From Bacteroidota bacterium (lineage in GTDB: Bacteria; Bacteroidota; Bacteroidia; Flavobacteriales; Flavobacteriaceae): DNA of 64,000 nucleotides. The position numbers and the translations under genes were made by a program. The DNA is taken from assembly GCA_043778105.1 (NCBI GenBank), contig JAYWGV010000061.1:5179-69178 (forward strand). The letters are read 5' to 3'. Of the stretch, positions 29,540-37,701 are shown one piece after another (position 1 is the first letter of the stretch; the number at the start of each line of letters is the position of its first letter). The notes beneath the pieces are model-generated. The model made no database searches and was not told the origin of the DNA. It worked only from the letters and a program-made list of their open reading frames with translations.

Positions 29540-30264
29540 TACAATTTAGAAGATTTTAGTTTGTAAACTGTCAATAATAAAAATACAAATGTCACGCTCG
29601 AAAAATACAAAACATCACGGGTATCAATCACGCCACGACTCATAGATTTAAAGTGATAATCCATTCCAAATGATGCGATTAAGTTTTGTATGAATGGCAA
29701 ATAATTTGCAATTCCTTGAAATCCAAAGTAAAAAATAAAACACAGAAAAACAGAGATTATAAACGCAACTATTTGATTATCTGATAGCGTTGAAGTAAAA
29801 ATTCCAATTGCGCTGTAACTTGCAATTAGAAATATTAATCCGAAATAAGATCCAAATGTACTACCTAAATCAATATTGCCTTCTGGATTTCCTAAACTAG
29901 AAATCACGAGTATATATATATAGGTAGGAATTATTGCAATGAAAATAAGTAACATTGCGCCTAAAAATTTTCCGTTTACAATTTGCCAAAGACTCAACGG
30001 TTTGGTCAATAACAATTCTAAAGTTCCTAATTTCCTTTCATCAGAAAAACTGCGCATTGTTACGGCTGGAATCAAAAAAATCAAAATCCAAGGTGAAATA
30101 GTAAAAAACGGAGTCAAATCGGCAAAACCTGAATTCATAATGTTGTATTGCCCATCGAAAACCCACAAAAATAATCCGTTGATAATCAAGAAAATCGCTA
30201 TAACCAAATAGCCAATTGGCGACCCAAAAAATGATTTTATTTCTCTAAGAAGTATTGCTTTCAT
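29539..30264 (-). CDS. gldF: gliding-motility ABC-2 permease GldF
   Basis: Six-TM ABC-2 permease beginning MKAILLREIKSFFGSPIGY. It overlaps gldG by 1 nt. Confidence 0.8.
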   Translation of the reverse strand: MKAILLREIKSFFGSPIGYLVIAIFLIINGLFLWVFDGQYNIMNSGFADLTPFFTISPWILIFLIPAVTMRSFSDERKLGTLELLLTKPLSLWQIVNGKFLGAMLLIFIAIIPTYIYILVISSLGNPEGNIDLGSTFGSYFGLIFLIASYSAIGIFTSTLSDNQIVAFIISVFLCFIFYFGFQGIANYLPFIQNLIASFGMDYHFKSMSRGVIDTRDVLYFSSVTFVFLLLTVYKLKSSKL

Positions 30265-30308
30265 AAATTTTTTTTAATTTCTAAAAGTATAAGTTTATCA
30301 TAAAATGA

Positions 30309-30316
30309 CAAATTTA
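30309..30316 (-). promoter_or_regulatory. -7 box TAAATTTG (gldF)
   Basis: TAnnTTTG match, 44 nt upstream of the gldF ATG. This means gldFG have their own promoter downstream of the cassette. Confidence 0.45.
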
Positions 30317-30325
30317 GGTTCTTTT

Positions 30326-30907
30326 TTATGTTTTTAGCTTCCTATCTTTACAATTGATGCTTTTTTTATCTAATAAACAAATTATGAATAATGGAGATAA
30401 ATAGGTGTAATAATCTAGTCCATCAACAAAATTTATTTTTTCTTTTATTATATGATTTTCTTGTAAATCAGGTAGATTTTCATCTGCTCTAAAATAAATA
30501 AAAGGGAATTTTCCCGAATCTGTTAGATTTAATTTTTTTAAGAATTCTATCCAAACTCCAATTTTCCATTTAATTGATTCTGGTCTTTTTGCAATAAATA
30601 ATTCTCTCAATTCGTTAAAATATTTCAAGCTTCTTCTGTCTAAAAAATCTAATAAGTCATCTTTATTTATTTGCAAATCTGAATATTCAACAATGTCATA
30701 ATCATTTTGATAATGTTTAAAACCCCATCTTTTTGCAGCTTGTAAATTTTCTTCCCATAAATAGAAACCTTCGCCTAAAAAAGGCATAGATATTTTTCCA
30801 AACTCATTCTTTTTTATTAAAGATTTAAAAGGAGCCTCTTTTAATATGTAGGCTGGTTGTCCTTTTTTGCAAGTATGCTGGTAGGTATATAAAACAAAAT
30901 TACTCAT
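30326..30907 (-). CDS. 193-aa protein of unknown function (candidate effector/toxin of the SecB-like cassette)
   Basis: Its start overlaps the stop of the SecB-like gene by 8 nt (ATGAGTAA). The coding DNA is very AT-rich. Motifs are VLYTYQH and FLGEGFYLWEENLQAAKRWG. Confidence 0.6.
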   Translation of the reverse strand: MSNFVLYTYQHTCKKGQPAYILKEAPFKSLIKKNEFGKISMPFLGEGFYLWEENLQAAKRWGFKHYQNDYDIVEYSDLQINKDDLLDFLDRRSLKYFNELRELFIAKRPESIKWKIGVWIEFLKKLNLTDSGKFPFIYFRADENLPDLQENHIIKEKINFVDGLDYYTYLSPLFIICLLDKKSINCKDRKLKT

Positions 30908-31307
30908 TATCCAAATCGATCAAAGTTTCAATTAATTGTTCTTTATGACTTGATAAATTTAAAGTTGGTAATGTAATTGTATCAAAACCGCTTAACGAAG
31001 TAAAAGATGACACAAAGCTTCTAATATAAGGAAATACAATCGCTGGACCATTAACAGAAAGAAAGTTTAAAAGCAATTGTTCATCTTCAGTGTCATATTC
31101 AAAAATACCTACGCATAGCATTTTTAAATTAAAATCGTTTTCTGTATCAAATATTTTTAAATCAATATTGATATGAAACTGCTTATTTTTTCTGCTGATT
31201 ACTGCTTGTGGTATAACTTCAAAAATATTTTCTGGTTGATCAACTTGAACTTTCTCAAATAAAAAATTGGGAACAACAAAGTTTACAAAATTTAATTGTG
31301 ATTTCAT
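30900..31307 (-). CDS. SecB-like chaperone
   Basis: CVGIFEY...NGPAIVFPYIRSFVSSFTSLSGFDTITLPTLNL aligns by eye with the E. coli SecB core AGIFSI...[32 protein letters not shown]. Confidence 0.7.
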   Translation of the reverse strand: MKSQLNFVNFVVPNFLFEKVQVDQPENIFEVIPQAVISRKNKQFHINIDLKIFDTENDFNLKMLCVGIFEYDTEDEQLLLNFLSVNGPAIVFPYIRSFVSSFTSLSGFDTITLPTLNLSSHKEQLIETLIDLDNE

Positions 31308-31309
31308 AT

Positions 31310-31603
31310 TTACTTATTTTTTTGTTTTAAAAAAAAAAGGACCTTATTTAGGTCCTGTTTAATGTTTTCTTTTAAATTTATTGATTTTCTTTCTTGTTTA
31401 TCAAAAAACTTAAATAATTCAAATTTTTTGTATTTATTGGATAAGTAATTATGGAAATTAATATTGTCATTAAACAAAAAACTTTCTTGTTCAATTTCAT
31501 AACTATCAAATTCTTTCATAATATTATCTAATTCAATAGCCGATATAGATTCGACAAATCTTTTATTTAGTTCTAAAGACTTTGTCATTACACTAGAATA
31601 CAT
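31310..31603 (-). CDS. 97-aa protein of unknown function (first gene of the SecB-like cassette)
   Basis: A 97-codon ORF in DNA of roughly 20% G+C. Its stop lies 2 nt before the SecB-like ATG. Its last 15 codons contain a terminator-like hairpin. Confidence 0.5.
   Translation of the reverse strand: MYSSVMTKSLELNKRFVESISAIELDNIMKEFDSYEIEQESFLFNDNINFHNYLSNKYKKFELFKFFDKQERKSINLKENIKQDLNKVLFFLKQKNK
31329..31356 (-). terminator. terminator-like hairpin plus U9-10 tract inside the 3' end of the 97-aa ORF
   Basis: The minus strand reads AGGACC-TAAATAA-GGTCCT followed by a T-run. It ends 22 nt upstream of the SecB-like ATG. Confidence 0.55.
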
Positions 31604-31767
31604 AATTTTATATTTTTAATTAGAAATTTTATTTTACAACTCTAACTATTTGATTCAAATTTGAAATAAAAAGATACTTTAATTTGTAATATTTTTAATT
31701 CTATACAAAAATACAATTTTCTTTTAATTATCCAAATAAAAATTAAAAGCTTATTTTTAGAAAAACT

Positions 31768-32064
31768 TTAAACCAAACTAACTAACTTATCAACCGACCA
31801 AGCTTCTGGTTTTGCGTTAAATAATGCTTTTGTAAATTTCCAAACCTTGCCAAAAAGTTCAGATTTTCTGTAATTTTCTAAATCATTTTCGGTTTCCCAA
31901 TAACTATATGTAAAAAAAATATTCGAATCATTTTTATCTTGGTACAATTCTAACAAACGGTTTCCAGGCGAATTTCGTATTTTTTCTTTATTAAATTCAA
32001 AATTTTCTAAAAAAGCAGGAATATGCTCTTCATGAAAACTCATTTTAACTATTCTAACAAACAT
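31768..32064 (-). CDS. antibiotic-biosynthesis-monooxygenase (ABM)-like small protein
   Basis: 98 aa with a ferredoxin-like ABM pattern (VRIVKMSF...FTYSYWETENDLENY). Confidence 0.6.
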   Translation of the reverse strand: MFVRIVKMSFHEEHIPAFLENFEFNKEKIRNSPGNRLLELYQDKNDSNIFFTYSYWETENDLENYRKSELFGKVWKFTKALFNAKPEAWSVDKLVSLV

Positions 32065-32067
32065 AAT

Positions 32068-32274
32068 GATTTTAGATTTTAGATTAACGATTTTAGATTT
32101 CAGATTATAAACTGAAAACGAAACTGTGACTGAAAACTGAACACTAAATAACTGAACACTGAAAACTGAACACTAAATAACTGAACACTGAATACTAAAT
32201 ACTGAACACTAAATACTGAATACTAAATACTGAACACTGAACACTAAACACTGCCTACTGAACACTGAAAACTA
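32068..32274. repeat. ~205-bp degenerate heptamer array
   Basis: Six GATTNNA units are followed by about 22 units of type (G/A)AA(C/T/A)ACT, such as GAACACT, AAATACT, GAATACT and GAAAACT. Confidence 0.85.
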
Positions 32275-33088
32275 TTGAAACAACATCACGATAATTCAGT
32301 CCTAACAAACTATTGGCCGATCCAACTGTTGCTGTATTGCTTCTATAAATTGCAATTTCAAGAAAACCAGCTTCGTTAAAAACTGCTAACATAGAACTTT
32401 CGTAATATTTCAGTGGATATTTTCCTGAAGCCGCAATATCAGAATATTTTGCAAAGATGGTTTTAATGTTTTTATTTTTAAAATTTATTTCAAAACTTCT
32501 GCTTTTTTGAGCATCTTCGAATATTTTTTTAGAAATGTTTGTTACTGCATTTCCATAATTATCAATATAATTTACCATTCCTTTTAAAGTTTTGCCATCG
32601 TCAGAAATTGTTGTTTGCAATTCGGTTATTTGCTTTAGCGCACTAATTTCTTTTCCAATAACATTTAATGTTCCGCCTTTTGCAATATGACAAGCCACTT
32701 TTACAAATACTTCAATATCAGTAGGAATTGATGGAAAACGGTCGTGAATATTAATTTCAAAAATTTTATCGGCTACGATTTTCTGAGTTAAAATTGAAAG
32801 AATTCCATTATCAGAACCAATAAAAAACTGATTGTTCCATTCTATTGCAACATGACTATTTTCTGAATTTTGTTCGATATCGATTGCAATTATATGTACA
32901 GTTCCATTCGCAAAACTCGAATATGAAGCACCAATTATATAACCCGCTTCCGAAATATTAAAAGGATCAATTTGGTGCGAAATATCAACAATCTTAGCTT
33001 CTGGAAATTCAGAATAAATTTTCCCTTTCAAAGCACCAACAAAATGGTCTTTGAGCCCGAAATCGGTCGTAAGAGTAATTATTGACAT
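32255..33088 (-). CDS. SAM hydrolase / SAM-dependent halogenase family (DUF62)
   Basis: ITLTTDFGLKDHFVG N-terminal signature. The last ~6 codons read into the heptamer tract. Confidence 0.75.
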   Translation of the reverse strand: MSIITLTTDFGLKDHFVGALKGKIYSEFPEAKIVDISHQIDPFNISEAGYIIGASYSSFANGTVHIIAIDIEQNSENSHVAIEWNNQFFIGSDNGILSILTQKIVADKIFEINIHDRFPSIPTDIEVFVKVACHIAKGGTLNVIGKEISALKQITELQTTISDDGKTLKGMVNYIDNYGNAVTNISKKIFEDAQKSRSFEINFKNKNIKTIFAKYSDIAASGKYPLKYYESSMLAVFNEAGFLEIAIYRSNTATVGSANSLLGLNYRDVVSIVFSVQ

Positions 33089-33131
33089 AAAATTGTTTAT
33101 AAATAAATCGAAATTGGTCGTTTTAATTTCT

Positions 33132-33139
33132 TAAATTTG
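33132..33139 (+). promoter_or_regulatory. -7 box TAAATTTG (phoH)
   Basis: TAnnTTTG match, 51 nt upstream of the start. Confidence 0.4.
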
Positions 33140-33190
33140 ATGCAAAGCTAATAATTTAAAAACAATTTTTAACCACTAAATAAATCCCAT

Positions 33191-34141
33191 TTGAACGAAA
33201 GAACAATCGAGCTCATCGACATCGCTCCAAAAGAATTTTGGGGCGCACAAGACACTCATCTTGAAACAATTAAAAAGTATTATCCGAAATTAAAAATTGT
33301 TGCACGCGGCACAACAATAAAGGTTTTTGGCGAAAAAGAAGAATTAAACGAGTTCGAAACTCGATTTCAACGAATTATGTTGCATTTTACTCGATATAAT
33401 AATATCGACAATAATGTAATAGAACGTGTTATTTTAACCGATTCTCGCGAAGTTCAAAAAATGGCCGATTCTGATCGAATTTTGGTTCACGGAGTTGGCG
33501 GAAAAATCATAAAAGCAATGACACCCAACCAGCAATTGTTAGTCGATACGATTAATAAATGCGATATGGTTTTTGCCGTTGGTCCAGCTGGAACTGGAAA
33601 AACTTACACAGGTGTCGCAATGGCAGTCAAAGCCTTGAAAGACAAAACTGTCAAGAAAATTATTTTGACACGACCAGCAGTAGAAGCAGGCGAAAATCTC
33701 GGTTTTCTACCAGGAGATATGAAAGAGAAACTCGATCCATACATGCAACCATTATATGATGCATTGCGTGACATGCTGCCCAACGAAAAACTCGAAGATT
33801 ACATTTTAAAAGGCATTATTCAAATTGCGCCATTAGCATTTATGCGTGGTCGAACGCTCGATAATGCATTTGTAATTCTTGACGAAGCACAAAACACAAC
33901 CCATTCGCAAATGAAAATGTTCTTGACCAGAATGGGGAAATCGGCCAAATTTATGATCACGGGAGATCCAGGGCAAGTCGATTTGCCACGACGCACAATT
34001 TCTGGATTGAAAGAAGCACTTTTAGTACTAAAAGACATCGAAGGAATCGGAATTATTTATCTAGACGATAAAGACATAGTACGCCACCGTTTGGTCAAAA
34101 AAGTAATCGATGCTTACAAACAAATTGAGAATAACGATTAA
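33191..34141 (+). CDS. phoH: PhoH-family ATPase
   Basis: Walker A GPAGTGKT, ILDEAQN, and GDPGQVD. The apparent start codon is TTG. Confidence 0.88.
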   Translation: MNERTIELIDIAPKEFWGAQDTHLETIKKYYPKLKIVARGTTIKVFGEKEELNEFETRFQRIMLHFTRYNNIDNNVIERVILTDSREVQKMADSDRILVHGVGGKIIKAMTPNQQLLVDTINKCDMVFAVGPAGTGKTYTGVAMAVKALKDKTVKKIILTRPAVEAGENLGFLPGDMKEKLDPYMQPLYDALRDMLPNEKLEDYILKGIIQIAPLAFMRGRTLDNAFVILDEAQNTTHSQMKMFLTRMGKSAKFMITGDPGQVDLPRRTISGLKEALLVLKDIEGIGIIYLDDKDIVRHRLVKKVIDAYKQIENND

Positions 34142-34179
34142 AATTTTTTAGAAACGAAAGATTAGGCATTTTCAGCAAT

Positions 34180-34275
34180 GGCATTTCCCGCTGCTATTCC
34201 AATCTTTTTATAAATTACCACGGCTTTAATGCCGTTGTAATTTATAAAAAGGATTTTCCCTTACATCGGGGTTAA
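34180..34275 (-). repeat. family-A structured repeat, copy 3
   Basis: Reverse orientation. The arms are conserved, and the apical hairpin is ATAAATTACCACGGC-TTTAAT-GCCGTTGTAATTTAT. Confidence 0.8.
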
Positions 34276-34323
34276 TCGAGATTAATTTTCGCATTTTTTT
34301 ATGTCTTAAAATTAAATTAATAT

Positions 34324-34350
34324 CCTAACAGGTTTTCAAAACCTGTTAGG
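34324..34350. repeat. 27-nt perfect palindrome
   Basis: CCTAACAGGTTTT-C-AAAACCTGTTAGG, followed by TATTTTTAT. It could act as a + strand terminator. Confidence 0.7.
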
Positions 34351-34360
34351 TATTTTTATA

Positions 34361-34423
34361 AAAACTAAAAACTAAAAACTAAAAACTAAAAACTAAAAAC
34401 TAAAAACTAAAAACTAAAAACTT
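34361..34423. repeat. perfect tandem heptamer (AAAACTA)x8 plus one partial unit
   Basis: Exact tandem units, about 130 nt upstream of the amylase ATG. Confidence 0.9.
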
Positions 34424-34551
34424 ATCAAAACTATATCGTTTTCTAAAACTATTTTTATTCATAAAAGCATCAATTTAGTGATTTTTTCATAAGTTTATAC
34501 TGTGAAATTAACCAAATTCACAAAAACTAACCAAAAAAAATATAAATTTTT

Positions 34552-35985
34552 ATGAAAAATCAAATTATTAAATTATCATTATTTTCAATGATTCTATGCT
34601 TATCTTCTTGTAATAAAGACGAAAACACTAATATCTCATCAGATAATGGAGAATCAAAGGTAGTAGAAATTACAACTCACACCGGCGAACCATTCACAAC
34701 CGAAATCAATAAAGTTAGTGGATTAAGTTCAAAATATGTTGACAATCCTGGTGGTGGCGTAATGATGCAAGCTTTCTATTGGGATTGTCCAGCTGGTGGA
34801 AATTGGTGGAACAATATTGGCAGCAAAGTTGTTGATTGGGGCAATGCAGGAATCGGAGCAATTTGGTTGCCACCAGTTTCTAAAGCCCAAAATGGTCCTT
34901 TCTCAATGGGTTATGACCCAACCGATTATTACGATTTCGGAAACTTCAATCAAAACGGAACAACCGAAACACGTTTTGGATCCAAAACCGAATTGGTATC
35001 ATTAATAACCAAAGCACATACCGAAAATATTAAAGTTTACGCCGATATTGTCATCAATCACAACAGTGGCGGACAATCAGAAGCAAACCCGTTTACTGGC
35101 GGAACAACTTACACCAATTTTAATGGTGTAGCTTCAGGAATGTTCAAGCGTTCGTACAACGATTTCTATAAAAATTCTGTCGGTAATAATGATGAAGGAT
35201 CTTTTGGAGGATTTCCAGATTTATGTCACGCCAAACCTTATGTGCAAGATTGGCTTTGGAAATGCGCCGATGGAGTAGGGAAGTACTACAAAAACACAAT
35301 GAAATTCGACGGTTGGAGATTCGATTTTGTTAAAGGTTTTGGAACTTGGGTTGTTAGAGACTGGAATGCAAACGTAGGTGGTTTTTCTGTAGGCGAACTT
35401 TGGGATGGCAATGCTGCTGTTTTAGAAAATTGGGCAAATGCAGCCAATAGCACCGTTTTTGATTTTTCTACCTATTATAAAATGGACGAAGCATTCGACA
35501 ATAATGACCTAAACAGATTAAGCGATGATATGCTTTGGAAACGCAATCCATACAAAGCAGTAACATTTGTAACGAACCACGACACTGATGTAATTTATAA
35601 AAAAATGTTAGCTTACGCTTATATACTAACCCACGAAGGTTATCCAACTATTTTTTATCGTGATTATGAAGAATGGCTTGATAAAGCAAAATTGAATAAC
35701 CTGATTTGGATTCATAATAATAGAGGAACTGGAAACACATCGAACCTTTGGACTGATAATGATGAGTATATAGCTCGAAGAAATGGTTACAACGGAAATC
35801 CTGGATTGGTCGTTTATATTAACAATTCTAACTTTTGGCAAGAACGTTGGATAGATACCAATTGGGCAAATACCAAAATTAAAGATTATACAGGCAACTC
35901 GACTTGGCAACCAACAACTGCAGGCGACAAACGAGTAAAAATTCAGGTTCCACCAAATGGATATTCTATTTGGTCTCCAATCTAA
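34552..35985 (+). CDS. GH13 alpha-amylase lipoprotein
   Basis: DIVINHN, GWRFDFVKG, GELWD and FVTNHD are the four GH13 conserved regions. Lipobox is LSSC. Confidence 0.88.
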   Translation: MKNQIIKLSLFSMILCLSSCNKDENTNISSDNGESKVVEITTHTGEPFTTEINKVSGLSSKYVDNPGGGVMMQAFYWDCPAGGNWWNNIGSKVVDWGNAGIGAIWLPPVSKAQNGPFSMGYDPTDYYDFGNFNQNGTTETRFGSKTELVSLITKAHTENIKVYADIVINHNSGGQSEANPFTGGTTYTNFNGVASGMFKRSYNDFYKNSVGNNDEGSFGGFPDLCHAKPYVQDWLWKCADGVGKYYKNTMKFDGWRFDFVKGFGTWVVRDWNANVGGFSVGELWDGNAAVLENWANAANSTVFDFSTYYKMDEAFDNNDLNRLSDDMLWKRNPYKAVTFVTNHDTDVIYKKMLAYAYILTHEGYPTIFYRDYEEWLDKAKLNNLIWIHNNRGTGNTSNLWTDNDEYIARRNGYNGNPGLVVYINNSNFWQERWIDTNWANTKIKDYTGNSTWQPTTAGDKRVKIQVPPNGYSIWSPI

Positions 35986-36012
35986 TACTTAAAATTAAGA
36001 ATTAAAGTTATT

Positions 36013-36039
36013 AAAGCTGTCATTAATTGATAGCTTTTT
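36013..36039 (+). terminator. intrinsic terminator after the amylase gene
   Basis: AAAGCTGTCA-TTAAT-TGATAGCTTT (one G-U pair), followed by T5. Confidence 0.65.
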
Positions 36040-36161
36040 AATTTAAAGAAATAATGTACTATAGTTTTTCACTATTAATCATTAAATTATATGATAGTTT
36101 AAATGATTTATAATTAATAAATTCATTAACTTTGAATTAACAATTGTTTATAAAAATATTT

Positions 36162-36785
36162 ATGAATACCATCAATAATACTTTTCCTTCATTTTCAAAT
36201 TCTTTGATAGAAGCTGTTAAAAAAAATTCGACAAGTCATACTTTCAATTCTGGAGAAATCTTAATGAAGACTGGACAATTTATAAAAAGTACAGTATTAG
36301 TTTTAAACGGAAAAATAAAAATTTACAGAGAAGGCGAAGATGGAGGAGAATTTTTAATGTATTATCTTCATCCAGGACAAGCTTGCGCGTTGTCAATGAT
36401 TTGTGCTATTCGCAGTGAGGCAAGTCAAATTATGGCAAAAGTCGATGAAGATGCCGAATTGTTAATGATTCCATTAGAATTAATGGACAAATGGATGTTG
36501 GAACATAGATCTTGGTATGAATTTGTTTTAGGAACCTATAGAAGTAGGTTTGATGATATTCTTGAAGTTGTCGATAATATTGCATTTAGAGGAATGGATG
36601 AAAGATTAGATTTTCATTTAAAAAGAATATTTACGGCAACTGGTTCAAGAATAATAAATTCATCTCATCAAGAAATTGCCAATGAACTCAATACTTCGCG
36701 TGAGGTAATATCTCGATTATTAAAAAAAATGGAACAACTTGGAAAAGTTAAATTAAATAGAAATCAAATCGAATACATAAAATAA
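36162..36785 (+). CDS. Crp/Fnr family transcription regulator
   Basis: cNMP-binding-like beta-roll followed by a C-terminal HTH (SHQEIANELNTSREVISRLLKKM). I prefer ATG 36162 over the TTG at 36144. Confidence 0.8.
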   Translation: MNTINNTFPSFSNSLIEAVKKNSTSHTFNSGEILMKTGQFIKSTVLVLNGKIKIYREGEDGGEFLMYYLHPGQACALSMICAIRSEASQIMAKVDEDAELLMIPLELMDKWMLEHRSWYEFVLGTYRSRFDDILEVVDNIAFRGMDERLDFHLKRIFTATGSRIINSSHQEIANELNTSREVISRLLKKMEQLGKVKLNRNQIEYIK

Positions 36786-36792
36786 ATAGTTA

Positions 36793-36808
36793 TGTGATAA
36801 ATGTTACT
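36793..36808. promoter_or_regulatory. imperfect CRP/FNR-type box upstream of the tauE-like gene
   Basis: TGTGAtaaatgTTACT. Its centre also lies 36.5 bp upstream of the G of AACATTTG (36830-36837). Confidence 0.5.
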
Positions 36809-36856
36809 GAAATTTAGATAATTATTTTCAACATTTGCAACATAAATTAATTAAAA

Positions 36857-37654
36857 ATGGAATATGTTGGTTTTTTAATGTCAATATTAATTGGAATAAC
36901 ATTAGGCATTTTTGGTAGTGGCGGTAGCATTCTTGCCGTGCCAGTTTTTGTATATTTATTTGGAATTACTCCAATTACAGCAACATTATATTCATTATTT
37001 ATTGTTGGATTTACAACTTCTATTGGATCAATTTCCTATTTTAAAAACAATTTAATTAATTTTAAAATTGTAATGTTTTTTGGTATTCCTTCAATAATTT
37101 TTGTTTTAATTTCGAGAAAATTAGTACTTCCTAATATTCCAGATATTTTATTTATTTTTAGTAGTTTTACATTTTACAAAAATACAGCAATTATGATTTT
37201 ATTCGCTGTTTTAATGATTTTCGCATCATATTGTATGATTAAAAAAGGCGTCGAAAATATTATTCCTAATGTCGATTTCAATAAACCAAGTTATTCACTA
37301 TTAATTTTTCAAGGTTCATTTGTCGGATTTCTAACAGGATTAGTTGGTGCTGGTGGTGGATTTTTAATCATTCCAGCATTAGTAATTTTTATGAAATTAT
37401 CCGTAAAAGAAGCTATTGGCACATCACTAGTCATAATTTGTTTAAATTCTTTGATTGGTTTTTTAAGCGATTTTGGAAATAATTTGATAGAATGGATTTT
37501 TTTGTTTAAGTTTTTACTTTTATCTATATTAGGAATTTTCATAGGATTTGCAATTTCTAAAAAAATAGAAAGCGATAATTTGAAACCTTATTTTGGTTAT
37601 TTTATTCTAATTATGGGAATATTTATTGTCATAAAAGAACTTTTTTTTAAATAA
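36857..37654 (+). CDS. TauE/SafE-family sulfite/anion exporter
   Basis: Eight-TM protein with duplicated GxGGG motifs (GIFGSGGSIL, GLVGAGGGFLI). Confidence 0.8.
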   Translation: MEYVGFLMSILIGITLGIFGSGGSILAVPVFVYLFGITPITATLYSLFIVGFTTSIGSISYFKNNLINFKIVMFFGIPSIIFVLISRKLVLPNIPDILFIFSSFTFYKNTAIMILFAVLMIFASYCMIKKGVENIIPNVDFNKPSYSLLIFQGSFVGFLTGLVGAGGGFLIIPALVIFMKLSVKEAIGTSLVIICLNSLIGFLSDFGNNLIEWIFLFKFLLLSILGIFIGFAISKKIESDNLKPYFGYFILIMGIFIVIKELFFK

Positions 37655-37664
37655 TTTTGTGTAT

Positions 37665-37680
37665 TGTGACTTTTATCACA
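37665..37680. promoter_or_regulatory. CRP/FNR-type box TGTGA-N6-TCACA upstream of the MBL-rhodanese gene
   Basis: TTGTGActtttaTCACAA is a perfect palindrome. Its centre lies 36.5 bp upstream of the final G of the TATTTTTG -7 box. Confidence 0.65.
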
Positions 37681-37701
37681 ACATCAAACGATTATTAATA
37701 T

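Noticed and set aside
34361-34423. I considered the AAAACTA tandem repeat and the neighbouring palindromes as a possible CRISPR array.
   Set aside because: The units are 7 nt with no spacers, and there are no cas genes. This is a microsatellite, not a CRISPR array.
34501-34522. TGTGAA-N10-TTCACA inverted repeat 30 nt upstream of the amylase ATG, considered as a third CRP/FNR box.
   Set aside because: The spacing between TGTGA and TCACA is 12 nt rather than 6. There is no matching -7 box at the 36.5-bp offset seen for the two sulfur-gene boxes. It may be an unrelated operator or a chance match.
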